A stretch of DNA of 64,000 nucleotides from an uncultured Gammaproteobacteria bacterium (GTDB taxonomy: Bacteria; Patescibacteriota; Microgenomatia; UBA10105; UBA927): assembly GCA_964445435.1 (NCBI GenBank), contig CAYUKU010000003.1, positions 841 to 64,840 on the forward strand, given 5' to 3'. Below, one piece after another: positions 1 to 11,286 of this stretch. The stretch's first letter is position 1. Each line of letters opens with the position of its first letter. The notes under the pieces were generated by a model that saw nothing but the letters and a program-made list of their open reading frames with translations, did not search any database and had not been told where the DNA came from. The translations under genes and the position numbers were made by a program.

Positions 1-1960
1 TGACAGCCGGGGTGAAATCCAGTCGTATGTTTTGAGTTTCCAGCCGCTGCTTTACAATTTCAAGCTCCTTATCGACAATTTTTTCCATAAGCGCAGGCGT
101 GAGCCGGTGAAAGATAATCAGTTGGTCCAGTCGGTTGAGAAACTCGGGTCGAAATGCCCGATTGACCACTTCCAGAACCTTGCGGCGCATATCTTCTTCA
201 CTTTTTCCGCTTGTTTCTGAAATAAGGTCGCTCCCCAGGTTTGAAGTCATGATGATAACGACGTTTTTGAAACTCACGACGCGCCCTCGGCCGTCGGTGA
301 GGCGCCCGTCATCAAGCATCTGAAGAAATACGTTGAATACCTGCGGGTGCGCTTTCTCAATTTCATCAAACAGGACGACACTGTACGGCTTCCTTCGCAC
401 TGCCTCAGTCAGCTGACCTCCTTCTTCGTATCCGACGTATCCCGGCGGAGCACCGATCAACCGTGCGACGTTATGCGCCTCCTGGTATTCACTCATGTCA
501 ATACGGATAAGAGCACGCTCGTCGTTGAACAAATACTCGGCAAGCGCTTTGGCAGTTTCCGTTTTCCCGACGCCGGTCGGCCCAAGAAAAAGAAAGCTTC
601 CGATGGGTTTCGCCTCTTCGGCTATGCCCGCCCTATTTCGGCGGATTGCCGCAGACACCTTCCGGATCGCTTCGTCCTGCCCGATGACACGCTTGTTTAA
701 CTCTGTTTCAAGATGAATAAGCTTATCTGACTCACTGGAGAGGAGTCGTGTCACGGGAATCCCGGTCCAACGGGCTACCACGCGCGCGATATCATCATCA
801 CGTACCTCCTCGCGAAGCAACCGTTCCTCTGAGGGAATCTTACCAATCTCCTTTTCCAGTTGGGCGATTCTTTTCTCCGCTTCGGGAATTTTGCCGTACT
901 TGACCTCAGCTGCCCTCTCCAGAAGTGCATCGCGCTCAGCTCTGTCCAACTCAAGACGGAGTTGATCAAGCACAACCCGCTGTTTTTGAAGCTCGCTTAT
1001 AATATGTTTTTCTTTCTCCCACCGGTCAGACAGCGACTCCTCTTTCTTTTTGAGTGTGGCAATGTCTTTTTCGACATTCTTCATCCTCTCTCCGGCGTCT
1101 TTCTCGCGTTTGAGGGCCGCCTTCTGAATTTCCAACTGCGTTAAGTGGCGCTTGAGTTCGTCAAGTTCCAGAGGCATACTCTCCGTATCAATTTTGAGCG
1201 TCGAAGCGGCCTCATCGACAAGATCAATTGCCTTGTCCGGCAAAAACCGATCCGCGATGTACCGTGAAGAAAGTGTCGCCGCGGCGACAAGGGCATCATC
1301 CGTTATGCGTATACCGTGATGCACTTCGTATTTCTCTTTGATGCCCCGCAAAATTGCAATCGTGTCTTCAACGGACGGTTCGTCCAGATACACAGGCTGG
1401 AATCTGCGCTCAAGTGCAGCGTCTTTCTCGATAAATTGACGATACTCCCGTACCGTTGTGGCGCCAATGGCATGAAGCTCGCCCCGCGCAAGAGCGGGCT
1501 TAAGAATGTTTGCCGCGTCCATGGAGCCTCCCACAGCGCCAGCGCCCACGAGCGTATGGAGCTCATCCATGAAAAGAATATACTTGCCTGCCGCCTTCTC
1601 TACTTCTTTCAGAAGCTTTTTCAGACGGTCTTCAAATTCTCCGCGGAAGGCACTTCCTGCCACCAATGACGCCACGTCGAGAACGAGAATTTCCTTGTCT
1701 TTCAACGTTGAGGGAACATCTCCAGCCACGATACGCGAGGCGAGTCCCTCTGCAATCGCCGTTTTCCCGACGCCGGGGTCCCCAAGAAGCACGGGATTGT
1801 TCTTCGTGCGGCGTGCAAGAATCTGCATCACACGACGAATCTCCTCATTCCGTCCAATGACAGGATCAAGCTTCCCCAAGCGCGCGCGCTCTGTGAGGTT
1901 TACCGTAAATTTTTCAAGCGGATTTCCTTCATCCTGCGATGGTTGATATTGAATATCCAT
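1..1960 (-). CDS. clpB: ATP-dependent chaperone ClpB lacking the N-terminal Clp domain (3' end runs off the window)
   Basis: Translated by hand (not in ORF track): [43 protein letters not shown]...[15 protein letters not shown], coiled-coil M-domain with [10 protein letters not shown], second Walker [33 protein letters not shown]. Confidence 0.95.
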   Translation of the reverse strand, partial: MDIQYQPSQDEGNPLEKFTVNLTERARLGKLDPVIGRNEEIRRVMQILARRTKNNPVLLGDPGVGKTAIAEGLASRIVAGDVPSTLKDKEILVLDVASLVAGSAFRGEFEDRLKKLLKEVEKAAGKYILFMDELHTLVGAGAVGGSMDAANILKPALARGELHAIGATTVREYRQFIEKDAALERRFQPVYLDEPSVEDTIAILRGIKEKYEVHHGIRITDDALVAAATLSSRYIADRFLPDKAIDLVDEAASTLKIDTESMPLELDELKRHLTQLEIQKAALKREKDAGERMKNVEKDIATLKKKEESLSDRWEKEKHIISELQKQRVVLDQLRLELDRAERDALLERAAEVKYGKIPEAEKRIAQLEKEIGKIPSEERLLREEVRDDDIARVVARWTGIPVTRLLSSESDKLIHLETELNKRVIGQDEAIRKVSAAIRRNRAGIAEEAKPIGSFLFLGPTGVGKTETAKALAEYLFNDERALIRIDMSEYQEAHNVARLIGAPPGYVGYEEGGQLTEAVRRKPYSVVLFDEIEKAHPQVFNVFLQMLDDGRLTDGRGRVVSFKNVVIIMTSNLGSDLISETSGKSEEDMRRKVLEVVNRAFRPEFLNRLDQLIIFHRLTPALMEKIVDKELEIVKQRLETQNIRLDFTPAV

Positions 1961-1966
1961 AAAGAT

Positions 1967-1996
1967 ATTCTAATCGCATTAGCACTCATCTGTCAA
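1967..1996 (-). promoter_or_regulatory. sigma70-type clpB promoter, probably leaderless
   Basis: Minus strand TTGACA-18 nt-TAGAAT-6 nt-ATG; the -35 lies inside the CIRCE spacer. Confidence 0.75.
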
Positions 1997-2005
1997 GAGT
2001 GCTAA
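1979..2005. promoter_or_regulatory. CIRCE element (HrcA operator)
   Basis: Exact TTAGCACTC-N9-GAGTGCTAA, 18 nt upstream of the clpB ATG. Confidence 0.95.
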
Positions 2006-2469
2006 GTAAGTCCAATTTCCAACGACACATCGATCGGCTCAAACCCCTGACTCTTATAAAACGCGATTGCACGAACGTTCTTCACATACGCATTCACATA
2101 CAGGGTTTGGTATCCCAAATCGGAAGCTCGTCTTTTCAGCTCTGAGATGAGTTTAGCTCCTATCCCCTGGGAGCGATATCTCGAAGAAACACCCATATCG
2201 TTGATTTCAAGAGTTTTCACTGTGCGATATGTGATATTCTTCTTGCTACCAACAATATACCCTACCGGGATGCCGTTATCCACCGCCAGAAAGCATAAAT
2301 ATTCAGGACGTGACGTAACTTCCTTATAATATTTTTCTCCTGCAGGTGTTTGCGCAAATTTTGGGTTGAGAAATGCATCATATGGAAGATTTGAGACTAT
2401 CACCTCATGGTTCAGTTGACGTATAACTTTCCAATCTTCCGGCACAGCGGCTCGAAATTCGATAGCCAT
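2002..2469 (-). CDS. GNAT-family N-acetyltransferase
   Basis: Acetyl-CoA motif VSSRYRSQGIG and NVRAIAFYKSQGF. Confidence 0.85.
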   Translation of the reverse strand: MAIEFRAAVPEDWKVIRQLNHEVIVSNLPYDAFLNPKFAQTPAGEKYYKEVTSRPEYLCFLAVDNGIPVGYIVGSKKNITYRTVKTLEINDMGVSSRYRSQGIGAKLISELKRRASDLGYQTLYVNAYVKNVRAIAFYKSQGFEPIDVSLEIGLT

Positions 2470-2470
2470 A

Positions 2471-3370
2471 TCACATTGACCGAAGAATCTTTATCCGCTC
2501 CTTAATCGGCGGATGGGTGTTAAACAAGTTCGCAAACCAGGCGCCGAACTCCTTCCCCTTAAACGGGTTGGTGATGTACAAATGCGCTGTTGCGTTCGTC
2601 GCCGCCTCAAGAACTTCTCTATCACCTGAAAGCTTCTCAAGGGCACGCGCCAAACCCTCTGGATATCTTGTCAGGCTGGCACCCGAGGCGTCGGCCAGAT
2701 ACTCCCGCCGCCTTGAGATAGCAAGTTGAATAAGCGAGGCGACAATCGGAGATATGATGGCAAGAACGATACCCACAAGCAGCAGAATTTGTCCCATCCC
2801 GCGGTCATCATCCCGGCTTCTTCGATGGCCGCCCCACCAGAGACTGCGCATGAACATGTCGGCCAGGAATGCAACGGTTCCTGCCAGAACCGCCACCACA
2901 GCCATGAGTCGCGTGTCGTAATTTTTGATATGTGAGAGCTCGTGGGCAATAACGCCCTCAAGTTCCCGCCGCTCCAACCGATCGAGAAGCCCAGTCGTTG
3001 CACATACGACTGCATGAGCAGGGTCGCGGCCCGTCGCAAATGCGTTCATTGCCGTGTCATCAATGACGTACAATCTGGGCTTGGGAACTCCTGCGGCAAT
3101 TGCGAGATTCTCAGAAACGGTGAAAAAGTCAAAATCGCGCTTCCGGTCTGCGGGTCTTGCTCCCGACATCGCAAGCACCATCGAGTCGCCGAAATAATAA
3201 CTGACGAAGCTTGAGATTATGGAAAAGACAACTGCGACAAACATCCAGGAGTTTCCATACCCCAGGGCGTTGCCCATTACATAGGCAGCAAAAACGACAA
3301 ATACCACAAACCCTGCCATGAAGGCATATGATTTTGCGATATTTGCGCGAATCTGTGAGTGGATGCTCAT
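2471..3370 (-). CDS. htpX: M48-family membrane zinc protease HtpX
   Basis: NAFATG, HELSH zinc motif, [13 protein letters not shown]; TM helices. Confidence 0.92.
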   Translation of the reverse strand: MSIHSQIRANIAKSYAFMAGFVVFVVFAAYVMGNALGYGNSWMFVAVVFSIISSFVSYYFGDSMVLAMSGARPADRKRDFDFFTVSENLAIAAGVPKPRLYVIDDTAMNAFATGRDPAHAVVCATTGLLDRLERRELEGVIAHELSHIKNYDTRLMAVVAVLAGTVAFLADMFMRSLWWGGHRRSRDDDRGMGQILLLVGIVLAIISPIVASLIQLAISRRREYLADASGASLTRYPEGLARALEKLSGDREVLEAATNATAHLYITNPFKGKEFGAWFANLFNTHPPIKERIKILRSM

Positions 3371-3924
3371 GAGCTGAAGCTCACCTTGACCCCTTTGCGC
3401 TCGGATTCCTCGGCACGGAAGAATTCCTTTTCCTTAAATCCCATCATGCCCGCCAGAAGCACGTTCGGAAATGTTTTTACCTTCAGGTTATACTCCATAA
3501 GCTGCGTGTTATAAAACTGCCGCGCGTAGGCCACCTTATCTTCGGTGTCTGAAAGTTCCTTTTGAAGATGCGTGAAATTCTCATTTGCTTTCAGCTGCGG
3601 ATAATTCTCAGCAACAGCAAACAAACTTTTCAGGGCTCCCGTGAGCATATCATTGGCTTTTGCCATGCTCTGCGGGTTGTCCGCCTTCATAAGGGCGCTT
3701 CGCGCTTTCGTCACCTCTGAAAAAACCGTCTTCTCATGCTTGGCATAGCCTTTTACGGTTTCGACGAGATTCGGAATAAGGTCAGCTCTGCGCTTGAGCT
3801 GGACATCAATCTGGCCCCACGCTTCATCAATCTGGGTCGACTCAGTTACAAGCCCGTTGTAGAGGCCCCATACGTAAAGAACAAGAAGGCCGAGAATACC
3901 AATAACGATCCATGTTGGCGTCAT
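3367..3924 (-). CDS. lemA: LemA family protein
   Basis: N-terminal [37 protein letters not shown]; classic lemA-htpX pairing. Confidence 0.93.
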   Translation of the reverse strand: MTPTWIVIGILGLLVLYVWGLYNGLVTESTQIDEAWGQIDVQLKRRADLIPNLVETVKGYAKHEKTVFSEVTKARSALMKADNPQSMAKANDMLTGALKSLFAVAENYPQLKANENFTHLQKELSDTEDKVAYARQFYNTQLMEYNLKVKTFPNVLLAGMMGFKEKEFFRAEESERKGVKVSFSS

Positions 3925-3934
3925 ATGATCCTCC

Positions 3935-5716
3935 TTACTTAACTAACCAACGTCTAAACACATTATACTCCATAGTGTTTACTACGTCATGTTTGGTCGC
4001 CCATCCGCGGCGCGCAACCGATACGCCATAGCGCATCAGGTCCATATGTTCAACCGCGTGCGCGTCAGTATCGATCGTGAACCGGAGTCCGCGTCTCACT
4101 GCATCATACACAAGCGTGTCTGGCAGGTCGAGCCGATCAGGATAAGCATTTATCTCAAGGGCGATATCGTGCTTCTTGGCCACCGCAAAAATTTCCGGCC
4201 AATTGGCGTCCACCCCTTCGCGGCTCCCCAGAAGTCTTCCCGTGGGATGTCCGAAAATACGTACCTTCGGGTGGTAACCAAGCGCTTTGGCGATCCGCTC
4301 TGTGACGGTTTTCCTTTCCTGGGTGAAACTCGAATGAATCGACACAACAACAGCGTCGACAAACTCAAATGCACTATCTGGAAGAGCCAGTTGACCGGTG
4401 GGCATGATATCCACCTCACACATCACAAACACGTGAACCGGTTTTTTGTGCTTGGCATTCCATGTGTCTTCCTCTTTCCGGTAAAACTCCAAACGTTTCT
4501 TCATAATACCGGTAATATCCGCTTCCGAATGATTAGACAACCGCGGATTATGGTCGCTGATGCCGATGTACTCATACCCCAGGCTTGCGGCTTTATCCAT
4601 ATGCGCCGAAAGCGGATTGGCGCCAAGATCATGGGATGATTTGAGATCATACGACGTATGCATATGAAGGTCGCCCTTGATATCCGAAAGTTCGAGAAGT
4701 TTAGGAAGTTTGCCTCTCTTGGCTGCTTCTATTTCCCCTTTGTCTTCCCGAATTTCGGGTGGAATGTACGGGAGGCCTACAATCTTATAGAATTCTTCCT
4801 CTGACGCCACTTCTCGCACTTTACCCGTTTTCGTATTTTTTATTCCGTGTTCATTGAGGGAAAGTCCTTTGGTGAGGGCCAGTTCACGCAGCTTGATGTT
4901 ATGATTCTTGCTTCCCGTAAAATATTGAAGCATCGCGCCGAAAGCCTGCGGCTTTTGCACCCGCATATCGACCTGCCGCCCGCTATGAAGCAGTAACGTC
5001 GCCCCGCTCGGGCCTTTCTCAACAAGTTTCTGATGAGGATACGTGAGGAAATGGTCTATTGCTTCCTTGGGTTTCGTAGTCGCAACCGCAATATCAACGT
5101 CACCTATTGTGGATACCTGACGTCTGAGACTTCCTAACACGTCAATGCGCGAGACTCCGGAAACCCGCTTCATGTGCGCGATAACTTCTTGCGCTATCGC
5201 ATCCGCGATGGGAAGCGGCATGCGAACTTCTTTTATTTGTCCTGCCCTGTATACGGCAATGGCTCCCAAAATATCCTCTTCGGATTTCTCCCCGAAACTT
5301 TCAATTTCAGCAATTTTATGCGCCTTTGCCATTTTTTCCAGGTCAGAAACGACAGTTTTGGGGTCTTTGAGCTTCAGGTGGGTGACGAGTTTGTAGGCTT
5401 TTTTGGGCCCGATCCCCGGGACAAGAAGAAGCGGGAACATGGACGCAGGAACTTTTTTCATGACGTCCTTGAAATGGCCTACCGTTCCCTTTCGGAACAA
5501 CTCATCGAGGTAATGAGCGATGCCTTGACCGACCCCGGGAATTTCGTTGAGCTTTCCGTCATCCCAGAGATCCTTCACGTCGCTCGTCAGATGTTCGATA
5601 CTATCGGCAGCGCGATCGTACGCGATTATCTTAAACCGATTCTCGCCTAACACCTGGTAAGCAGCGGAGACTTGCCGAAGGAGGGCAGCAAGCTCGAGAT
5701 TCGTCGCGGCTCTCAT
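3935..5716 (-). CDS. polX: DNA polymerase X with PHP domain
   Basis: HhH motifs (IPGVG, VPGIGPK), GSLRR..GDVD catalytic motif, [12 protein letters not shown] motifs DLHMHT/SDH/HPT/DAH. Confidence 0.93.
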   Translation of the reverse strand: MRAATNLELAALLRQVSAAYQVLGENRFKIIAYDRAADSIEHLTSDVKDLWDDGKLNEIPGVGQGIAHYLDELFRKGTVGHFKDVMKKVPASMFPLLLVPGIGPKKAYKLVTHLKLKDPKTVVSDLEKMAKAHKIAEIESFGEKSEEDILGAIAVYRAGQIKEVRMPLPIADAIAQEVIAHMKRVSGVSRIDVLGSLRRQVSTIGDVDIAVATTKPKEAIDHFLTYPHQKLVEKGPSGATLLLHSGRQVDMRVQKPQAFGAMLQYFTGSKNHNIKLRELALTKGLSLNEHGIKNTKTGKVREVASEEEFYKIVGLPYIPPEIREDKGEIEAAKRGKLPKLLELSDIKGDLHMHTSYDLKSSHDLGANPLSAHMDKAASLGYEYIGISDHNPRLSNHSEADITGIMKKRLEFYRKEEDTWNAKHKKPVHVFVMCEVDIMPTGQLALPDSAFEFVDAVVVSIHSSFTQERKTVTERIAKALGYHPKVRIFGHPTGRLLGSREGVDANWPEIFAVAKKHDIALEINAYPDRLDLPDTLVYDAVRRGLRFTIDTDAHAVEHMDLMRYGVSVARRGWATKHDVVNTMEYNVFRRWLVK

Positions 5717-5743
5717 ACGGTCTATCGTATCAAAACGCGCGCA

Positions 5744-8700
5744 TTATGTCGAAGATTTCCCGTTCTTCCTTGCTTTTTTATCGTTCATTTTCTCGGCTGA
5801 CCTCCGTATCATCTCCATCAGATCGGAGGGTTGCACACCTAAAATATCATTTACGTATCCTTTAAATGATGCCCTGCTTCTGCCGTCTCCACGCGAAAGA
5901 AAGGGCAGATCCACATAGATCCGGGGCAGGACATAATCTCCCCCTTGCCTCTGAACCGTGAGAATTGTGTCCATCGTTAACTCCTCCGGGTCCACACCTG
6001 CTTCGACAAGGGACTCGGCAATCCGATTTGCCACAATTCTCGGCTGTGCATTCTCAATGTACATCCGATACGAACGATCATAGGATGGATCTATTTTTCG
6101 TGCTGCCGCCGATAAAACCAAAGTGGGCGAAGTTCCGGACGCTCTGCACGCGGTTTCAAACGCGCTTTGAGGGATGCCAAAAACGATATCAAAACGCGGT
6201 TGAAGAATCGTTGGCACTGCGCCTGCCTCGTGAATCCGGTGAAGTTTCAGACGACTGACTGCAAGTTCAACAAGGCGTACCTCAGTTGCCCCTGCATACC
6301 CGTTCGTTTTGTAACGTGAACGAATTTGGGCGTAGATGTCATACGTCATCGTGCGTCCCCTCTGACTCGGCGAAAGAAGTGTCGTACCAAATCGAATCGC
6401 GGACGCCACTCTTTGGATTTTTTGCACGAATTCATCGATTTGGATCAATTCTTCTCTATTCCGGACATATACCACATCAGATTCTATCCCGGCGCCTCCG
6501 TGTACATACTCCACCATTTCTGCATTAAGAGCCGTTACCATGGCGCTAATTCGTTTCTCAATCCCCTGACGCACAAACCCAAGAAGCTCACTCCCCCGCG
6601 TTGAAAGTTCGAGGTTCGGAGGTTTGAGATAGGTAAGCTGTTGGGGAGTTTTCTTAAGAACGTGGATCACCCGGATAAGATCGAGAAAATACGCAAGCGT
6701 GATTCGCTCTTCGCCGTCGTTATCCTCAAGAAAAGTATTGGCAAGTGACGTAACGGTGTATTCCATACTTTTTATCGCAAAATCCTCCAAAAACCGCGCC
6801 GCTAGCATACGCTGGAGCTCTTCCCGCGACAGGGATTCTTCATTCCCCGATTCGGATTCGGATATAACATTCTCAATATAGGCCTGCAATGATCTGGGAA
6901 CGAGTACAGTATCAAGCGGCTTCCTTTTTCCGATGGCCACCTCCTCGTTATACATAAGCCGCGCAAGTTCCTGAATCTGCTGGGCTTCCAGACGGAAATA
7001 CGGCAAAAGCCACCACCGAAAACCGGCGATTTGCTCAAAGGATTTTTTGTTCGGCTCAAGCTTAATTTTCCCGTCCCGACGGGCGAACTCTGCTGCGAGA
7101 ATCGGCTCTCCTCCCGAAGCCAGATATTCCCGATACTTGGGAATCACGAGTGCTGCGATTTGACTGAGCTCTTTGATGTTCACGAGCCTCCGGTTTCGTT
7201 TTTCCCTAACCGCGGTGATTATGAAATGATACGGCGTTCTGTATGACCGCTCCGATCCCTTCGTAGGTCCGAAAGAGAAGGTAATATTTTGATAATCGGC
7301 AACATGGCGTTCGTATTGTTTGCGGGATCGGAATGCTACCCTTGCGTCGCCCATCGACACTCCCATAATCTGAAGAGCAGACTTATATCCCTTGACATCA
7401 GCGTCCTCAAACGGCCAAATCTCAATCACCAGGCACGGATTGCCGTTTTCATTCCGACGCATCACCCGTCCCATATCCTGAAACGGCCGGTATTCAGAAC
7501 GTTTCCACGGTTTGAGAATAATCACTTCAAACGTCGGAATATCCAGCCCCTCGCCGATCATGTCAACGCCGATGATCGTTGTCGTCTTGCCTTCCAGGGC
7601 GCGCTGGACGATATCTTCGTTTTTTCGACTCGATTGCTCCGAGTGCATAAACTCAACCTGGTCTGCTATAGCCTTCCCGTACTCTCGCTCCAGAATAAGC
7701 TTAATTTGCTCCAGAAGAACCCGGCCTTCCTCTATGGAATCAGCCTCGATGAACGTGGGCCGGATGGTAACCGTTTCTCCATCAACAAAAACGGATTCCT
7801 CCAGGAAATTTTCGATTTTTGCACGGATCGAGAGTTCAAGCTCAACTTCAAGCGCGTTTGGCTTGTCTTCCTTCTTCGATTTGCCCACCTCTGCCAGTTT
7901 CTCTCTGAGTTTCAGTACAGTTCTTTTCACCGCGATGGGTGGCGTCACACCTGTCTCAATGGTGTACGCGAGCGGAACTGAAAGAATTTCCTTAAATCCC
8001 AAGTCCGTAAGCGTATGGCCGAGCCCCGGCGTTGCGGTGAAGGCAATCTGCGTCGCTTTGGCAAGGGCCGTGTGACGGGAAAGAATACTTCTGTCCCAAA
8101 GGAGATTGTGTCCCTCGTCCCAAATCACAAGGGGAATTTCTCGCTTCGACTCTTTAAGCATGCGAAACAGCCGACGCGCAGACTGAAACGTCGTCATGAT
8201 AACCCGTCCGCTTACGTTCTTCTCCTGTCCGTCAAACCGTGAAATCTCTCCCTCGTCAAACACCCTACCAAACGCACGCAACGTCTGGTTCATGAGTATC
8301 GTTCGTGAGGTGATGAAAAGAACATTTTGTGCCCCCAGGTCAAGTGCTTCCTTCATAAGACGCGCCTCAACGTCCGTTTTCCCTGACCCTGTGGGAGAAG
8401 CCACCCATCCGCGGAATGCCTCGCTCTTGCTCTTCCCGTTATGCGCATATAACTCCATCCCGACCGCAGTCTGAATGGCAGGTTGATGGCTCCAACGATA
8501 TTGGCCGGCATCAATTCTGTCCATATACTCTTTGCCGTACGTTAGAAACAACTTCTTCCCCAACCTCCCTACGAACGTTTCCGGTTCGTGATTCTGGATT
8601 CGCTCGAACGTTTCGTGGATGCGATGCGGGTCCATGAGGTAATCCGGAGCCTGCAGATTGAATGCGACGGAACCATCAGGCCTTCTATCCACAATTGGCT

Positions 8701-9121
8701 TGACATCAGAAGCTGCCGCGCCCGTGAATGATCCGTCAGTCCTAAGAGAGGTTATACCGACAAGCTCTCGGATGTTTTTCCCCTCATCAAATCCGGACAA
8801 CCATTCAAACAGCGACGAGAGGGGAATATCTTGACCCGTTTTAGGATCCTTATATCCCTGAACGTAATTGACTCTGCCGACGCGATATATTTCCACAGGA
8901 AACACGCCATACCGCTCTCCTTCAATAAATGCTGTCGGAGTAGTCTGCATGCCCTGCGCCCCCTCATCCAGAGGAACGGCAATATCTATATGCGCCGTCA
9001 GCGGATCAAGAGAATTTAACTGGGAAAGCGTGAGGTTGCCAAAAGAGTAACGGGTGTGCCACACCGTTTCCGGCTGGTCCACCACCATGACCTCTTCTTC
9101 GAGCTCCGTTGAAGCGACCAT
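5744..9121 (-). CDS. Large superfamily-2 DExH helicase/ATPase (ResIII-like core) with uncharacterised N- and C-terminal extensions
   Basis: SPTGSGKT, DEGH, TAT, GEGLDIP, QDMGRVMR motifs in a 1125-aa ORF. Confidence 0.8.
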   Translation of the reverse strand: MVASTELEEEVMVVDQPETVWHTRYSFGNLTLSQLNSLDPLTAHIDIAVPLDEGAQGMQTTPTAFIEGERYGVFPVEIYRVGRVNYVQGYKDPKTGQDIPLSSLFEWLSGFDEGKNIRELVGITSLRTDGSFTGAAASDVKPIVDRRPDGSVAFNLQAPDYLMDPHRIHETFERIQNHEPETFVGRLGKKLFLTYGKEYMDRIDAGQYRWSHQPAIQTAVGMELYAHNGKSKSEAFRGWVASPTGSGKTDVEARLMKEALDLGAQNVLFITSRTILMNQTLRAFGRVFDEGEISRFDGQEKNVSGRVIMTTFQSARRLFRMLKESKREIPLVIWDEGHNLLWDRSILSRHTALAKATQIAFTATPGLGHTLTDLGFKEILSVPLAYTIETGVTPPIAVKRTVLKLREKLAEVGKSKKEDKPNALEVELELSIRAKIENFLEESVFVDGETVTIRPTFIEADSIEEGRVLLEQIKLILEREYGKAIADQVEFMHSEQSSRKNEDIVQRALEGKTTTIIGVDMIGEGLDIPTFEVIILKPWKRSEYRPFQDMGRVMRRNENGNPCLVIEIWPFEDADVKGYKSALQIMGVSMGDARVAFRSRKQYERHVADYQNITFSFGPTKGSERSYRTPYHFIITAVREKRNRRLVNIKELSQIAALVIPKYREYLASGGEPILAAEFARRDGKIKLEPNKKSFEQIAGFRWWLLPYFRLEAQQIQELARLMYNEEVAIGKRKPLDTVLVPRSLQAYIENVISESESGNEESLSREELQRMLAARFLEDFAIKSMEYTVTSLANTFLEDNDGEERITLAYFLDLIRVIHVLKKTPQQLTYLKPPNLELSTRGSELLGFVRQGIEKRISAMVTALNAEMVEYVHGGAGIESDVVYVRNREELIQIDEFVQKIQRVASAIRFGTTLLSPSQRGRTMTYDIYAQIRSRYKTNGYAGATEVRLVELAVSRLKLHRIHEAGAVPTILQPRFDIVFGIPQSAFETACRASGTSPTLVLSAAARKIDPSYDRSYRMYIENAQPRIVANRIAESLVEAGVDPEELTMDTILTVQRQGGDYVLPRIYVDLPFLSRGDGRSRASFKGYVNDILGVQPSDLMEMIRRSAEKMNDKKARKNGKSST

Positions 9122-9190
9122 AATAAACCTATAGTATACATCGGCGAAACCTCTGAATCAACCGTTCGGGGCATCAGAAAACGAAAGTTT

Positions 9191-9560
9191 TCATTTCCTT
9201 GTAACAAGTTCTGCCTGCTTCGCGCTTCAGGAAGCTATTTCTCTCACAAGGTCATACGGAATCGGCTTAGCCAGATCAAAGCTGATTGTCTCTTTTCCCC
9301 GCACGAAAGGGGCGATTTTTCTTCGAAACGTAGCGGGACCCTTGGGAGTAGGATAAAGGGAAACATGATGGGCAAAGCCGGCAAAATAGAGAACGTTTCT
9401 GTGAGTACGGAACGCGGGAATGTTGTAGCTGATACGCTGCGTAGCGATAGAATGACGCTATATATCGTTATGCACAGGTTTCCCCGACATCGTCAGCATC
9501 CCTAGGAAAGCTCGCAATAGACTCTTTCACAGAATGATCCGTCAGTAAATACGAAGTCAT
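9191..9560 (-). pseudogene. Disrupted DUF1801/YdhG-like gene
   Basis: ATG overlaps the upstream stop; MTSYLLTDHSVKESIASFPRD then stop/frameshift, then QRISYNIPAFRTHRNVLYFAGFAHHVSLYPTP...GKETISFDLAKPIPYDLVREIA*. Confidence 0.7.
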
Positions 9561-10030
9561 GATTCTCCTATGCGATGAATCCAACTGAAAACTTTTTTTA
9601 ACAAACCAACTTGTCCACTTTCGGGAGATGTATGCGTGAAGAAAAAAAACTGTGGGGATGACCTGTCTAACTGTTCAGGCACTGAAGCTTCGAATTGTAT
9701 CAGCGCGTTCCTTGCTTGGCTTTCTCTGTGTTGTTCTCCCGCTTTTATGGCAGAGGCTCCGACTATCTTCATGAGAACTGTGCGGGTGGCGTCCCGCAAT
9801 TGCTGCTGAAGCACTTCCCGCTGCTTTGCCACCGCCATCTCATCGGCGTTATGTAGATCAACAAGTTGAAGCGTAGCATTTATTTCCTCTTCGGTCGCTC
9901 CAAATTCTAATCTAACACGCTTAAATTCGGCTTTTTGTTCGGCAGATATTCTGTGCGACCGTAGTTGGGTCGCAAGAGGGATGTCCGACGATAGTGTAGG
10001 AAATCCGGGTTCTATTATTTCAACATGCAT
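9557..10030 (-). CDS. Hypothetical helical protein
   Basis: 157-aa ORF, no recognisable motif. Confidence 0.55.
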   Translation of the reverse strand: MHVEIIEPGFPTLSSDIPLATQLRSHRISAEQKAEFKRVRLEFGATEEEINATLQLVDLHNADEMAVAKQREVLQQQLRDATRTVLMKIVGASAIKAGEQHRESQARNALIQFEASVPEQLDRSSPQFFFFTHTSPESGQVGLLKKVFSWIHRIGES

Positions 10031-10153
10031 AATCTGTGGATAAAATGCGCTTATAAATAAATTTATTCAGCACCTGCAACTACGATCTTGGGTAGACATA
10101 CACACCCATTGCACCCTTGGGACCGCTCTGCGCCACCCCCACAAGTCGGAATT

Positions 10154-10227
10154 GGGAGCGGGATAAGGGAATCGAACCCTCTTCTCATCCTTGGGAAGGA
10201 TGCATACTACCGGTGTACTAATCCCGC
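10154..10227 (-). tRNA. tRNA-Gly(CCC)
   Basis: GCGGGAT/ATCCCGC acceptor stem, CATCC-TTCCCAA-GGATG anticodon arm, GGTTCGATTCC T-arm. Confidence 0.93.
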
Positions 10228-10325
10228 CTATTCACGGAACAGAAACTACGTTTCTTTCCCGACGATTCTTCCTACCAGAGTGTTGCGACGGGTTCACACC
10301 CGAACGCACACCGTCGCAACAGATT
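10228..10325 (-). ncRNA. Candidate tRNA-leader structured RNA, copy 1 (5' of tRNA-Gly)
   Basis: AATC-TGTTGCGACGG/CCGTCGCAACA stem, 19-nt loop, TGGTAGGAAG linker, second hairpin ending at the tRNA 5' end; homologous to copies at 11093 and 12902. Confidence 0.7.
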
Positions 10326-10387
10326 GATAACTCTTCGACTTCCTTTCTTTATAAGCCTTATTAATATATTTTACACGGTTCGGTACC

Positions 10388-10424
10388 AAAAGCGCCAGTG
10401 AAAGCTTCCACCGGCGCGTTTTTT
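10388..10424. terminator. Probable intrinsic terminator downstream of the LysM gene
   Basis: AAAA-GCGCCAGTG...CACCGGCGC-GTTTTTT hairpin with A/T tails on both sides. Confidence 0.6.
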
Positions 10425-10444
10425 GTACATTGCAATAAACAAAA

Positions 10445-10978
10445 CTACGGCAACTCCAAAATGTTGCCTGCATGAATAAGATCCGGGTTAGCTAACGTAT
10501 TGAGTCTCGCTATTTCGCTCCATCGATACCCGTTGTCGTACTGTGCCACGGCGATTTTCCAGAGACTATCTCCTGCCTTCACCGTATATTGTCGCTTCTC
10601 TGTCGTTGCCGACGAGACGACTCCTGTGGGTAGCGCAATTGGTTTCACATCGGGAATGGTTAACACGGCCCCTGCCATAATCCGGTCAGGATTGGAGAGG
10701 TTGTTTGCCCTCGCGATATCGACCCAATTGTACCCGCTTTTGAAGTATGTCTGTGCGATCGCCCAGAGCGTTTCGCCCTGTTTTACGGTGTGTTTAGTCG
10801 GAAGCGCCGTTTGCACGATTTGGTCTTTCTGCTGCTCTGCTGTCTGTCCCGCTGGAGCTGTCTTTGCTTTGAAGTAATTGAACGTAATCATGCCAATTAC
10901 TAAAACTACGGCAAATCCAAGCGCGAGCGATACATAGGAATCCGGCGTGCTAAGGCTCTTTTTCAAAGCTTTAAGCAT
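10445..10978 (-). CDS. Membrane-anchored protein with two LysM peptidoglycan-binding domains
   Basis: TM helix then HTVKQGETLWAIA...NPDRI and YTVKAGDSLWKIA...NPDLI; AGGAGG SD. Confidence 0.9.
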   Translation of the reverse strand: MLKALKKSLSTPDSYVSLALGFAVVLVIGMITFNYFKAKTAPAGQTAEQQKDQIVQTALPTKHTVKQGETLWAIAQTYFKSGYNWVDIARANNLSNPDRIMAGAVLTIPDVKPIALPTGVVSSATTEKRQYTVKAGDSLWKIAVAQYDNGYRWSEIARLNTLANPDLIHAGNILELP

Positions 10979-11014
10979 TTCGTTTCCTCCTTTCCAGGCA
11001 GTTTTGGAATATAT

Positions 11015-11092
11015 TGGCGGGACCGGGGGGACTCGAACCCCTGACCTCCTCCTTGACAGGGAGGCGCTCTAACCAGGCTGAGCTACGATCCC
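11015..11092 (-). tRNA. tRNA-Asp(GTC)
   Basis: GGGATCGTAGCTCAGCCTGGTTAGAGC...CTGTCAA loop...GGTTCGAGTCC...CCA. Confidence 0.95.
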
Positions 11093-11181
11093 ATTATGGA
11101 GAGACAACTAGACTCCCTCCAACTCTCTTTCCTACCAACGTGTCGCAGCTATTTCCCTCCGAACGGCACGCTGCGACGATT
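11093..11181 (-). ncRNA. Candidate tRNA-leader structured RNA, copy 2 (5' of tRNA-Asp)
   Basis: AATC-GTCGCAGC/GCTGCGAC stem, 20-nt loop, TGGTAGGAAAG linker, GGAG...CTCC hairpin, 5 nt to the tRNA. Confidence 0.7.
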
Positions 11182-11286
11182 CATATCCTAACCATAGACT
11201 TAATCACGCTCTCGCAGAATCAAATCGGGAAATAGCTTATAGATGATATCATGCGGTCGAAGAAGTGGTCAATCGTATACCGGCCG

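Noticed and set aside
3935-5716. Catalytically dead PolX variant
   Set aside because: Catalytic aspartates (GDVD, VDMR) and PHP metal ligands appear intact
5717-10153. Integrative island at tRNA-Gly
   Set aside because: No integrase and no duplicate of the tRNA 3' end found by eye; kept only as an accessory patch
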